From assembly GCA_964608455.1 (NCBI GenBank), contig CAZSNM010000005.1:4069-68068 (forward strand): a stretch of 64,000 nucleotides of DNA, given 5' to 3'. This document shows positions 9,683 through 19,700 of the stretch, piece by piece. The translations under genes and the position numbers were made by a program. The notes beneath the pieces were generated by a model. It saw nothing but the letters and a program-made list of their open reading frames with translations. It did not search any database and had not been told where the DNA came from. The DNA comes from an uncultured Candidatus Bathyarchaeia archaeon (GTDB lineage Archaea; Thermoproteota; Bathyarchaeia; 40CM-2-53-6; DTDX01). Each line of letters starts with the position of its first letter. Position 1 is the stretch's first letter.

Positions 9683-10810
9683 ATGCTTAGGCATAAAGAA
9701 TGTAAACTTTGCAGTAAAAAAAGCGAGTTAATCTCAAGCATTCTTAACCTTTGTATTAACTGCATTAAAGAAAAACCTGATGAAACTAAACAATTAATAT
9801 TAGAGGCTCATGAATCAATAAGAGCCTTTTATAATCTACCTCCAGTACCTCCTAAATCATTAGGAGGAATTCAATGCAATTTATGCGCTAATGAATGTAT
9901 AATTGGTGTTGGAGAAAAAGGATATTGCGGTTTAAGAAAAAACTTAAATGGAAAATTAATTTCTTTATCCAGCACTGATAAAGCAGTTTTACATTGGTAT
10001 CCTGACCCTCATGTTACAAATTGTTGTAGCGCTTGGTTTTGTCCAGCTGGGACAGGATCAGGGTACCCAAAATTTGCTTATACTAATGGGCCGGAGATAG
10101 GATATAAAAATTTAGCTATATTCTTTTATGGATGTAATTTTGATTGTTTATTTTGTCAAAATGCTTCCCATAAAGATATAGATGAGGCTTCAACAATTTC
10201 CTTAAATGAATTAACTAAGGTAATTAAAAATGATAAAAAATATTCTTGCATATGTTTTTTCGGCGGCTCACCTGAACCCCAACTCCCATTCGCTATATCA
10301 TTTTCAAAAAAGGTGCTTGAAGAAAATCCAAATAGAATAATTAGAATTTGTTTTGAATGGAATGGATGCGGAAACAAGCTTTTAGTTAAAGAAGCTGCAG
10401 AAATTGCTTTTAAAAGCGGTGGAAACATTAAATTTGATTTAAAATGTTTTAATGAAAATTTAAGTTTGGCTTTAAGCGGAGTTTCAAATAAAAAAGCTTA
10501 TGAAAATTTTGAGTTTATAGCTAATGAATTTTATAATGAAAGAAAAGATTTACCAGTTTTAACAGCTACAACGCTTTTAGTTTCAGGATATGTTGATGAG
10601 GAAGAAGTTAAGAAAATTTCAGAGTTTATTGCAAGTTTAAACCCTGAAATTCCATATTCACTTTTAGTTTTTCATCCAGACTTCATGATGAATGATCTTC
10701 CCATAACCCCAAAAAATCAAGCATTAAACTGTTATAAAATTGCTAAAAGATTTTTAAGAAATGTTTATTTAGGAAATATTCATTTGCTTAGCAATTTAAG
10801 AATTTATTAA
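9683..10810 (+). CDS. Radical SAM protein (PFL-activase/AmmeMemoRadiSam-like) with Cys-rich N-terminus
   Basis: GCNFDCLFCQN, GGSP; N-terminal CKLC/CINC/CNLC..EC/GYCGLR. Confidence 0.85.
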   Translation: MLRHKECKLCSKKSELISSILNLCINCIKEKPDETKQLILEAHESIRAFYNLPPVPPKSLGGIQCNLCANECIIGVGEKGYCGLRKNLNGKLISLSSTDKAVLHWYPDPHVTNCCSAWFCPAGTGSGYPKFAYTNGPEIGYKNLAIFFYGCNFDCLFCQNASHKDIDEASTISLNELTKVIKNDKKYSCICFFGGSPEPQLPFAISFSKKVLEENPNRIIRICFEWNGCGNKLLVKEAAEIAFKSGGNIKFDLKCFNENLSLALSGVSNKKAYENFEFIANEFYNERKDLPVLTATTLLVSGYVDEEEVKKISEFIASLNPEIPYSLLVFHPDFMMNDLPITPKNQALNCYKIAKRFLRNVYLGNIHLLSNLRIY

Positions 10811-10948
10811 ATTTCTATTGCATAGCTATTTATCATTTATTGTTATCTAGAAGAGAAAGCTTTAAATAGTTTTAAGAATAAAACATAATATTTGATTTTT
10901 CACTGTTAAATTTTAATTAAAATAAAATAGTAATGGAGCGCTTTAATA

Positions 10949-12382
10949 TTGGAGGAAAAAATTCAAACATTCAGGTTAATCTCAAATAATTTTTTCACAA
11001 GAAGCTTGTTAAAAAGTATTTCAAACTATTGCGAAAAAGATGGAAAAAATAGACTGGAAATAGGCTTAGAGCTTTATTCAGGAGTTAGAAAAGAAGCATG
11101 TTTAAAATGCAGGGTTACCGAAAAATTTTTAAATTTAATTTTAAAAATCGGTAGAAAAACATTTAACGTTTCAGAGGAGGAAATGAAAAAAACTTTTGCT
11201 GATGCTTATTGGAGAAGAGGGTTAAGCAGTGTAGTTAAAGGATTAGGTCTTTTCGGTGTTACAAAACCATTTACTCCAGGAGCACCATTTCAAGTTGTTT
11301 GGGAAATAACTAAAGCTTGTAATTTAAGATGTAAACATTGCTCAGCTAATGCTGGAGTTGGACTAGATGAATTAAATACAGAAGAAGCTTTAAAAGCAAT
11401 AGATAAACTTGATAAATTTGGTATAACGATTTTAGCCTTCTCCGGTGGAGAACCATTAATTCGAAAAGATTTTCCTAAACTTGCTAAATATGCAGCTGAT
11501 AAAGGAATATACGTAGCTGTAGCTACAAATGGTACATTAATAACTAAGGAAAAAGCGAAAGAAATGAAGGAAGCTGGAATAGAGTATGTGCAAATCAGCC
11601 TTGATGGAGCAGTTCCAGAAACCCATGATCACTTTAGGGGAGTACAAGGTGCATTTAATAAAACTATTGAAGGAATTAAAAATGTTGTAGCTGAAGATTT
11701 CTTTGTTAACGTTTCAACCACTGTAACTAAATTAAATTATAGGGAAATTCCAAAAATACTAGATTTATGCGAAAAGCTTGGTGTAGATTGGTTTATGGCA
11801 TATAATTTTATTCCAACTGGAAGGGGCATCGATATAGCAGAGTTAGATTTGACGCCGGAAGAAAGAGAAAATCTTTTAAAAATGCTTTATGAAAGAATGC
11901 AAAATTCAAATATAGCTATGCTTTCTACAGCTCCTCAACTTGCTAGAGTTTCTTTAGAAGCTTCCTGCCAAAGCGAAGCATTAGTTTTAAGCCACTTTTA
12001 CTCAGCTAAATCAAGGGAAAAAATTAAGAGTTTAGCTGAATTTATAGGTGGATGCGGTGCAGGAAGATTTTATATAGCTATAAAGCCTAATGGTGATATT
12101 CAACCATGCGTTTTTCTACCATTAAAACTTGGAAACATTAAAAGCGATAATCTGGAAGAATTATGGGTAACATCTAAAGTTTTAAAAGATCTTAGAAATA
12201 AAGATGCTTTAAAAGGACATTGTGGAATATGCGAATATAGATATTATTGTGGTGGATGTAGGGCAAGAGCTTATGGATACTTTAAAGACTATTTAGCACC
12301 TGACCCAGGTTGCATAAATAATAACGAGTATTATGCTATGTTGAAAAAAGAAGTTGAGTTAACTCCTGTTATTCAACGTTAA
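10949..12382 (+). CDS. Radical SAM/SPASM protein; candidate GMGT synthase (Gms)-like
   Basis: CNLRCKHC, SGGEP, SPASM GCGAG...PC...CGICEYRYYCGGCRARA...DPGC; about 110-aa N-terminal extension; specific function is inference. Confidence 0.8.
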   Translation: MEEKIQTFRLISNNFFTRSLLKSISNYCEKDGKNRLEIGLELYSGVRKEACLKCRVTEKFLNLILKIGRKTFNVSEEEMKKTFADAYWRRGLSSVVKGLGLFGVTKPFTPGAPFQVVWEITKACNLRCKHCSANAGVGLDELNTEEALKAIDKLDKFGITILAFSGGEPLIRKDFPKLAKYAADKGIYVAVATNGTLITKEKAKEMKEAGIEYVQISLDGAVPETHDHFRGVQGAFNKTIEGIKNVVAEDFFVNVSTTVTKLNYREIPKILDLCEKLGVDWFMAYNFIPTGRGIDIAELDLTPEERENLLKMLYERMQNSNIAMLSTAPQLARVSLEASCQSEALVLSHFYSAKSREKIKSLAEFIGGCGAGRFYIAIKPNGDIQPCVFLPLKLGNIKSDNLEELWVTSKVLKDLRNKDALKGHCGICEYRYYCGGCRARAYGYFKDYLAPDPGCINNNEYYAMLKKEVELTPVIQR

Positions 12383-12410
12383 GTTTTTTATTTATTTTTA
12401 AAAGATTTTT

Positions 12411-13982
12411 GTGGAGGGAAAATTATTGGTTGAGATCATACTTACTGCTGATAGAACGTTAATGAGTAATTATCATGGAAAAGAATTTCTTGGTTTTGCT
12501 ACTAGTGCTCCACCAAACATTTTGCCAACCTGGCTTTATAAATTTATGTTTTTCCCTCCAATAAAAAATAAAAATGGTATACCGATTGAGGCTCCTTATG
12601 CGCTTAGAAAAATTGAAGCAAAGCTTCTAGATGAAGGGTTTAACGTGCTTACAGTTGATCCGGATCATTTAAAAAAGTATATTAAAAACGCTAAAGTTCT
12701 ATGTGTTCATGTTATGGATCCCTTTGGTTTAGGACCTTCATCAACAACCTTTGCTAGAATTCTTCGTACAGGTGAGCCTTATCTATCAAAATATTTTAAA
12801 GAATTGCTTACAAAGAATGAGGTTAAAGAAGCTAAGAAGCGAGGTTTAAAGATAATTGTGGGTGGTCCTGGAGTTTGGCAATTTAAATATAGAGTTGAAG
12901 AACAAAAAGCTTATGGAATAGATTGTATAGTTTATGGAGAAGCAGAACGTATTATTAGTAATCTTATAAGAAAAGCTTTAAATGGGGAAGAGTTACCAAG
13001 CTATTTTGAAGTTAACCTTTATGAATTACCAAGTTTAAACGAGATTTCAGAAATTAAAAACCCTTCAATTAATGGTTTAATTGAAGTTGGTCGTGGATGC
13101 CCTAGAGGATGCGATTTTTGCAGCGTAACCCTAAAGCCTTTAAGATGGTACCCGCTTGATAAAATAGAAAAGGAACTTCAAGTAAATGTTAAAGGTGGGT
13201 TAACTTCAGGCATTCTTCATGCTGAAGATGTGCTTCTTTATGGTTCTAAATCTGTTATTCCTGATAGAGAAAAAGTTCTTGAATTACATAAATTAACTAA
13301 AAAATATTTAAAGAATTTTTGTTGGAGCCATGTTAGCATAGCAGCTATAGCAGCTGATCCAAAATTGTTTAAAGAAGTTTCAGAAATAATTATTGATGAA
13401 AATCAAAAATGGTGGGGTGCTCAAATAGGTATAGAAACAGGTTCACCTAGATTAGTTAAATTAACTATGCCAGCTAAAGCTAAGCCTTTTAAACCTGAAG
13501 AGTGGCCTTCTGTTGTAAAGGAAGCGGCAGGTTTAATGAATGATTATGGATTGATACCTGCTTGCACATTGATTACAGGTTTACCTGAAGAAACTGATGA
13601 AGATGTAATTAAAACCATAGAATTAATTGAAGATTTGGATTGGTTTAAAAGTATGATCGTTCCGTTATTTTTTGTTCCCATGGGTAAATTAAAGAATAAA
13701 GATTGGTTTAAATATGAAGATTTAACAGAGTTACAAAAAGAATTGATGGTTAAATGTCTCAGTCATGATATTAAATATGCAAGGGAAATTATGGATTGGT
13801 ATATTAAGGAGAAATGGTATAGCCCTATATTAAGAAGGCTTTATGATTTGTTTATTTGGTTAATAGAGCGTAAAGGGAAAAAAAGCAAAATTTTTGAATA
13901 TCAAAAAGTTTCAGTTTTTCATAAGGAAAGGGAGGAAATTAAAGAGGTTGAAGCTGTTAAAAGAGGCTACTACTATTGCTGA
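12411..13982 (+). CDS. B12-binding radical SAM protein, Grs/Gmm (GDGT ring synthase / GMGT methylase)-like
   Basis: ILTADRTLMSNYHGKEFLGF, APYALRKIEA, IIVGGPG, GRGCPRGCDFC, GIETGS. Confidence 0.75.
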   Translation: MEGKLLVEIILTADRTLMSNYHGKEFLGFATSAPPNILPTWLYKFMFFPPIKNKNGIPIEAPYALRKIEAKLLDEGFNVLTVDPDHLKKYIKNAKVLCVHVMDPFGLGPSSTTFARILRTGEPYLSKYFKELLTKNEVKEAKKRGLKIIVGGPGVWQFKYRVEEQKAYGIDCIVYGEAERIISNLIRKALNGEELPSYFEVNLYELPSLNEISEIKNPSINGLIEVGRGCPRGCDFCSVTLKPLRWYPLDKIEKELQVNVKGGLTSGILHAEDVLLYGSKSVIPDREKVLELHKLTKKYLKNFCWSHVSIAAIAADPKLFKEVSEIIIDENQKWWGAQIGIETGSPRLVKLTMPAKAKPFKPEEWPSVVKEAAGLMNDYGLIPACTLITGLPEETDEDVIKTIELIEDLDWFKSMIVPLFFVPMGKLKNKDWFKYEDLTELQKELMVKCLSHDIKYAREIMDWYIKEKWYSPILRRLYDLFIWLIERKGKKSKIFEYQKVSVFHKEREEIKEVEAVKRGYYYC

Positions 13983-15184
13983 TTAATGATTTCTAAAATT
14001 AAATTTATAGTTGATTCTATTGCATTAAATGAATTTAAAATTTTAAAAAACTCATTTAATTTTTTTTCATTCTTAAAGTTAAGTAAGTTTTCTATTGCAT
14101 TTAATAATGTTTCCTTAGTAAGATTTTCCTGCACAATCATTTTCCCAATTTTTAAATGTTCAATTCGCTCAGCATTTCCATATTGTTCAGCTTGACCAGG
14201 AATTGGAATAGTTATAATTGGTTTTTTATAGGCTAAAGCCTTCATTATTATACCATGACCTGCACGTCCAATAATAACATCAGATGCTTTAAAAAGCTTA
14301 AATTGAGTTTCTTCATCAATCCATTCATATACTTTAACTTTTCCAATTTTCTTTAAGCAAAAATTTCCTTTAGGATTACCTTTAGAAATGATTATTTCAT
14401 ATTTTTCAGGGAAATCCTGAAAAATATCCATAAGCCTTTTTATTAAAAAGATTCTTTCTTTTTTTGGACCGCTAATCGCTGCATAAACAATTATTTTAGA
14501 GTCATTAAGGTTTAACTCTTTTTTAATAACTTTTTCTTCAGGAAGATCATTATATTTAATTGGAATTATAGGACCAATAAATTTTACTTTTTTCTTAAAA
14601 ATTTTTGGAATTATTAAGTTTTTAAATGAAATAGTGTATGGATAAGGTAAATCAGGGATTAAAATTTGATTACTTAAACCCCAAATTCCCTCTATAACAC
14701 TATTTGAAATACTCCATAAAAAATTCATAAAATTAAAAGATATTTTCTCGATTAAGGAATTTTTAAGGTTAGGATTTGCAATATTTATTTTGAATTGATT
14801 TAACATTAAAATGCTTGGTATCTTTAAGGCTTTAGCTATTAAAATTGGTGCCAATCTAGAATCTGAAAAAACTAAATTTGGATGATAACTTTTTATTCTT
14901 TTGAATTCAAAAATTAATTCTTTAAGGGAAAGTTTTATAGTTCGAAAAAAACCTGGATAATGTGCTAAAGATGCTTTATAATCAACCACTCCACTTTCGT
15001 TTGTAACATAGCTCATCTGTATCGTTTTAAAAACTTTATACCCCATTTTTATTAAGTACTCAACAGCTTCAAAACAAGTTGAAAAAACAACATTTACACC
15101 ATGATTTTTTAAGGCTCTAGCTATGGGTTCGCATCTAGTTACATGCCCTAACCCTATTCCGCAAGAGGCTATATAAACCTTCAA
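13973..15184 (-). CDS. GT-B glycosyltransferase (MurG/GT28-like)
   Basis: GIGLGHVTR, IGRAGHG, GQAEQYGNA. Confidence 0.85.
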   Translation of the reverse strand: MKVYIASCGIGLGHVTRCEPIARALKNHGVNVVFSTCFEAVEYLIKMGYKVFKTIQMSYVTNESGVVDYKASLAHYPGFFRTIKLSLKELIFEFKRIKSYHPNLVFSDSRLAPILIAKALKIPSILMLNQFKINIANPNLKNSLIEKISFNFMNFLWSISNSVIEGIWGLSNQILIPDLPYPYTISFKNLIIPKIFKKKVKFIGPIIPIKYNDLPEEKVIKKELNLNDSKIIVYAAISGPKKERIFLIKRLMDIFQDFPEKYEIIISKGNPKGNFCLKKIGKVKVYEWIDEETQFKLFKASDVIIGRAGHGIIMKALAYKKPIITIPIPGQAEQYGNAERIEHLKIGKMIVQENLTKETLLNAIENLLNFKNEKKLNEFFKILNSFNAIESTINLILEIINQQ

Positions 15185-15225
15185 AAAAAGTACCCCTCTT
15201 TTAAATTTGCAAATTTAAAATATAT

Positions 15226-15405
15226 TCAACCTTTTCTTTTTTTAGAAAATAAAAAAGCTAAAAATAAAGCTAGTGTTGGAAAATAAAAAATGCAAATTTC
15301 AAATTCTAAAGCAAATATTTGAATGAAGAAAAGTTTTGAGATAAGTGAAATGAATGAAATAACAACCATAATTAAAAAAGAGAAGAAAATATTATTATTT
15401 TTCAT
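15226..15405 (-). CDS. Putative 59-aa two-TM small protein
   Basis: Not in ORF track; MKNNNIFFSFLIMVVISFISLISKLFFIQIFALEFEICIFYFPTLALFLAFLFSKKRKG, co-oriented between rpoK and the glycosyltransferase. Confidence 0.45.
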   Translation of the reverse strand: MKNNNIFFSFLIMVVISFISLISKLFFIQIFALEFEICIFYFPTLALFLAFLFSKKRKG

Positions 15406-15463
15406 AAAAATTCATGAGAAATCAAGTTAAAAAAAGAAAAACCTAAATAGGTTTTAATTTGAG

Positions 15464-15748
15464 TTAATCCTCTTCAGATTCTAAAAGAAGTTTCAAAGGA
15501 ATGTTCTGGCTTGTTCCATCTGGAAGCTGACGTCTAATGCTTATGGGTAAAATGCCTTCTTTCAATTCTAAAAGAGCTATTTCAATTGGAGATTTAACAC
15601 TTGGAGGTACATCTATTAATACAGGTGCTCCCATAGCTATTTGCATTGCTCGAGCCCCGACAATCCTAGTTTTTTCAAAGCGGGTAAGCTTTTTAGGACC
15701 GATCAGCGTAGTCTCTATAGAGTTAAGTTTCTCCGAGTTCTTCACCAC
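15464..15748 (-). CDS. rpoK: DNA-directed RNA polymerase subunit K (Rpo6)
   Basis: [22 protein letters not shown]...[12 protein letters not shown]. Confidence 0.95.
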   Translation of the reverse strand: MVKNSEKLNSIETTLIGPKKLTRFEKTRIVGARAMQIAMGAPVLIDVPPSVKSPIEIALLELKEGILPISIRRQLPDGTSQNIPLKLLLESEED

Positions 15749-17402
15749 TCTCTTCTGGCCCCTTTGATGGCCCTTTTTCTTCTTTAGTTTTAGAAGCTGC
15801 TATTACATCATCTATTCTTAATATCATTGTTGCAGCTTCGCTTGCAGATTTAATAACTTGCATTTTAACAGCTAATGGTTCATAAACATCAAGTTTACTC
15901 ATATCAGCAACTTTACCCGAGAATACATCTACTCCAGCCCATTTTTCTCCTTTATCATGTTTAGCTCTTAACTCTGTAATTATATCTATTGGATCTAAAC
16001 CAGCATTTTCAGCTAAGGTCATTGGTATGCTCTCTAAAGCTTCAGCAAAAGCTAAAACAGCTAACTGTTCTTTTCCAGCTAGCTTCTCAGCATATTGCCT
16101 TAACCTTCTAGCGACTTCAGCTTCAGGTGCTCCACCGCCAGCTACTACTCTTGGGTCTCTAACAACATCTCTAACAACGCATAAGGCGTCATGAATGGCT
16201 CTTTCAGCTTCATTAACTATTCTTTCTGCACCTCCACGAACTAAAATAGTAACAGACTTAGGGTTTTTGCATCCTTCCACAAAAGTCATTTTATCATCTG
16301 CAACTTTTCTTTCTTCAACAAGTTTAGCAAAACCTAGATCATTTGGAGTTAAATCATCAAGGTTTGTTATTATCTTTCCTCCTGTAGCTTTAGCCAGTTT
16401 TTCCATATCAGATTCTTTAGCTCTTCTGACGGCTAAAATTCCTTTTTTAGCTAGGAAGTGTTGAGCCATATCATCGATTCCTTTTTGGCAAATAACAACG
16501 TCAGCTCCAGCTTTAGCAATTTTTTCAACCATTTCTTGAAGCATTCTTTCTTCTTCTTTAAGAAAAGCATCCATTTGCTCAGGTGTTTCTATGTTTATTT
16601 TAGCGTCCATTTCTGTTTTTTCTATTTCTAAAGGACAATTAAGCAAAGCTATTTTAGCGTTTTCTATTCTTTTAGGCATGCCTGGATGAACAACTTCCTT
16701 ATCAAGTACAACTCCTTTAACTAGCTTTGTATCCATTAGGGATTCTCCAGCTTTTTTTTCAACTTTCACATCGTCAATATCAACTTTATAACCTTCCAGA
16801 GTTTTTTCAGCCACCTGAAGAATAGCATCAACAGTTAAATCCGCTATATAATCTTTATATTCTGAAAGCAGTTTACTAGCTACAGCTACTTTAGCAACTT
16901 TCTTTAAAAATTCTTTATCACTTGGTTCCACTTTAATAGCTATTTCTTCAAGAGCTTTAAGAGCTTCTTCAGAAGCGGCTCTATAACCATCAACGATTAC
17001 AGTTGGATGAACATCTTTATCAATAAGCTCCTCAGCTTTAGTAAGGAGTTCTCCAGCTAATACTACGGCGGTTGTTGTTCCATCTCCTACTTCATCATCT
17101 TGTGTTTTAGCTACTTCAACCATCATTTTAGCTGCTGGATGTTGAACATCAATCTCATCAAGAATAGTAGCCCCATCATTAGTAATAGTAACATCACCAA
17201 AGCTGTCAACAAGCATTTTATCCATTCCCTTTGGTCCTAGGGAGCTTTTTACAGTTTCAGCGATAATTCTAGCAGCAGTAATATTTGCATGTTGAGCTTC
17301 TCTTCCTCTAGATCGGGTAGTACCTTCTTTTAATATCAAAATCGGAGTTCCAGCAAGTTCTGGAGTGGATTCGACTGCCATACCATAAAACCCCCTTTTC
17401 AA
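15723..17402 (-). CDS. Thermosome (group II chaperonin) subunit; start may be the internal ATG (MAVES)
   Basis: [30 protein letters not shown]. Confidence 0.97.
   Translation of the reverse strand: MKRGFYGMAVESTPELAGTPILILKEGTTRSRGREAQHANITAARIIAETVKSSLGPKGMDKMLVDSFGDVTITNDGATILDEIDVQHPAAKMMVEVAKTQDDEVGDGTTTAVVLAGELLTKAEELIDKDVHPTVIVDGYRAASEEALKALEEIAIKVEPSDKEFLKKVAKVAVASKLLSEYKDYIADLTVDAILQVAEKTLEGYKVDIDDVKVEKKAGESLMDTKLVKGVVLDKEVVHPGMPKRIENAKIALLNCPLEIEKTEMDAKINIETPEQMDAFLKEEERMLQEMVEKIAKAGADVVICQKGIDDMAQHFLAKKGILAVRRAKESDMEKLAKATGGKIITNLDDLTPNDLGFAKLVEERKVADDKMTFVEGCKNPKSVTILVRGGAERIVNEAERAIHDALCVVRDVVRDPRVVAGGGAPEAEVARRLRQYAEKLAGKEQLAVLAFAEALESIPMTLAENAGLDPIDIITELRAKHDKGEKWAGVDVFSGKVADMSKLDVYEPLAVKMQVIKSASEAATMILRIDDVIAASKTKEEKGPSKGPEESGEELGET
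16641..17200 (-). repeat. 560-nt tract identical (inverted) to 61310..61869 in the second thermosome gene
   Basis: Manual reverse-complement comparison of both ends and several internal blocks showed no mismatch. Confidence 0.85.
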
Positions 17403-17748
17403 AATTTTATAGCATAAATTAAAATTCCGTAGACATATTAATGCAAAATATAAATGATAATATAAATTTTTCTCTTTACAACATCACTATAAAGCTTTAG
17501 TTTATTAATTTATTTGCTTTAAAGTGGGATTTTAAAATTCCTACAACTTTATTATGTTAAGTACTTATAAAAGCAATGGGATGCTTTCATAAATTGGATG
17601 TGGCCCAGGACTGGGCTTAACAGTCTATTTTAAGGCTTTAAATGCTGATAAAATTAGCCTAAGTATTAAGCTCACAATTCATAAAACTCAATAATATTTG
17701 ATTGTTAATTAAATATTGAAAGCTTTCTTTTTAATTGAAAAAAGAAAT

Positions 17749-17775
17749 TTAGGCACTAGAATTTCTAGTGCCTAA
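17749..17775. terminator. Perfect 13-bp inverted repeat (terminator-like hairpin or protein-binding palindrome)
   Basis: TTAGGCACTAGAA-T-TTCTAGTGCCTAA, 24 nt past the stop of the 17800..17952 gene; on the - strand followed by a T-rich tract. Confidence 0.5.
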
Positions 17776-17799
17776 GATATTTGTTTATTTTTGAAGTAA

Positions 17800-17952
17800 T
17801 TAAGATGTAGATTTGGCAAATTTAGTTATTTTAGAACCACATACTGGACATGTAGCTCTAAGCAAAATTCTTCCTTTGCTTGTTGTTTCTTTTTGTACAG
17901 CATTATCATCTACAGATACCTTTTTCCTGCATTTAACACAAAACATTTCCAT
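17800..17952 (-). CDS. Small zinc-ribbon protein (DUF5679-like)
   Basis: MEMFCVKCRKKV...KGR..LRATCPVCGSKITKF; GGAGGT SD supports ATG at 17952 rather than 18021. Confidence 0.75.
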   Translation of the reverse strand: MEMFCVKCRKKVSVDDNAVQKETTSKGRILLRATCPVCGSKITKFAKSTS

Positions 17953-18215
17953 TTTTCTATTCAACCTCCTTTTATCATAGAAAACTAACACATTATTTTT
18001 ATTAGCAGATAATAGTTCCATATTATAAGCTTTATAAATATTTAAAATTGACTTTTTCTTGTTAAAAAACAGCTTTACTTCATAAATTTTTTATTTGTAT
18101 TTATTCATACGTTTATAAATAGTTAAAAGTATTAGTATAACGTTACGTATATTATTTACTTTAATAGAAAAGTTTAAATACTTTAACGTTTAAAATAAAA
18201 ATATGTGAGTGGAGC

Positions 18216-18674
18216 TTGAAAATAAGAATAACCCTTCATAGAAGTTATGGAGATATAGAAATTGAAGGTGAAACCTTCGAGGAGGTAATAGAAAATCTTA
18301 AAGGTTTCCCAGAATGGCTTGAAGTTATCGATAGCATGATAGCTGCAAGCTCCAGCGTAAGTGAAAAAGAAATTCTTAAAGGGATAATTCAAAATACGCC
18401 TGATGGTCCCTTAATAACTGTTTCTAGAGAAAAATTAACTGATAGAGAAGCTGTAGGGTTGCTTCTTTATGCTATGGAACCTAATGGATTAAAACCTAAA
18501 GAATTAAGTCGATTATTAAATTTAAGCGGTTTTCTTTCAGTAGGTTTTGCCAGCAGACTCAGCGAATTAAAGCGAGAAGGTCTAGCCTATAAAGAAGGTG
18601 AAGTATATAGATTAACTGTTTCTGGAAAAAAATGGATAGAAAAGTTAATTTCCTCATTTAAACCAGGAGGTTAA
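18216..18674 (+). CDS. Winged-helix protein, paralogue 1 of 3
   Basis: C-terminal wHTH (RLSELKREG...YRLTVSG); GGAG SD. Confidence 0.75.
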   Translation: MKIRITLHRSYGDIEIEGETFEEVIENLKGFPEWLEVIDSMIAASSSVSEKEILKGIIQNTPDGPLITVSREKLTDREAVGLLLYAMEPNGLKPKELSRLLNLSGFLSVGFASRLSELKREGLAYKEGEVYRLTVSGKKWIEKLISSFKPGG

Positions 18675-18677
18675 TCT

Positions 18678-19175
18678 TTGAGCGAAGAAAAAAAGATAGA
18701 GGTTTATTTAAAGCATAAAGATTTCGAAAAGAAAATTGTAGGAGAAGTTGATGAAGTTTTAAGAGAGCTTATCTCATTTTTAACAGAAATTTATCCTAAA
18801 ATGGAGTTGGCTTCAAAACTCTCATTAACAGTTGATGCTAATGATTTAATAAATGCATGTCAAGGAATAATTGCTGTGACGCCAGAAGGAGTTGTAACAT
18901 TAGTTGATGTTGAAACATTACCAGATAAAGAATTAATTTTATTTCATTTAGTAAAAGCAAAAATCAGCAGGTTGCTTAATAAATCTGAAAAGGAAAGCCT
19001 GCTTATTAGCGATATCCTTTCCTCAACAAAACATAGTGTTGGAAGCGTTGCAGGTAGATTAAGCGAATTATGTTCTGAAGGTTTCGTGGAACGAGTAGGA
19101 AAGGGCGAGTATAGAATAACAACTTATGGTTTAGATTATTTTTTAAAAAATGTCGTTCCAAAATTGAAGGGGTGA
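18678..19175 (+). CDS. Winged-helix protein, paralogue 2 of 3
   Basis: RLSELCSEGFVERVGKGEYRITTYG; AGGAGG SD. Confidence 0.75.
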   Translation: MSEEKKIEVYLKHKDFEKKIVGEVDEVLRELISFLTEIYPKMELASKLSLTVDANDLINACQGIIAVTPEGVVTLVDVETLPDKELILFHLVKAKISRLLNKSEKESLLISDILSSTKHSVGSVAGRLSELCSEGFVERVGKGEYRITTYGLDYFLKNVVPKLKG

Positions 19176-19181
19176 AAAAAT

Positions 19182-19700
19182 ATGAGTGCTAATGAAGAAA
19201 AAAAAGTTAGAGTTCAAATAGAATATAATGGATTAAAACATAGTGTAGAGGGTTCAGTTGAAGAAGCAATAAAAGAAGTGGTAAATTTTCTTTCTAAGGT
19301 ATGTCCCACATACGATGTAGCTTCAAAAATTATTTATGCGCCAAATTATATAGAAATTTTAAATGATCTTTCAGAAATAGTTAATTTAACTCCAAATGGG
19401 GAACTAATACTTTTAAAGCAAATACCTTCAACAGATGAAGCTATAGGAGTGCTTCTTTTAGCTGTTGAAGTGGCTTATAAACTTGGAAAAAGAAAAACAA
19501 ACGCTTTAAGCGCCGAAGAGTTAACAAAAATTCTTGGCAAAGCTGAAAAAACCATTAGAAACACTATAGCTGAAATGATTAAAGCAGGGTTAATTGAAAG
19601 AATTGAAAAAGGAACATATCATATTACAATCGTTGGTGTAAAAGAAGTAAGTGAATTTATAAAAATGCTTAAAGAAACTTCGGAAGATAAACAAAAATGA
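19182..19700 (+). CDS. Winged-helix protein, paralogue 3 of 3
   Basis: LSAEELTKILGKAEKTIRNTIAEMIKAGLIERIEKGTYHIT. Confidence 0.8.
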   Translation: MSANEEKKVRVQIEYNGLKHSVEGSVEEAIKEVVNFLSKVCPTYDVASKIIYAPNYIEILNDLSEIVNLTPNGELILLKQIPSTDEAIGVLLLAVEVAYKLGKRKTNALSAEELTKILGKAEKTIRNTIAEMIKAGLIERIEKGTYHITIVGVKEVSEFIKMLKETSEDKQK

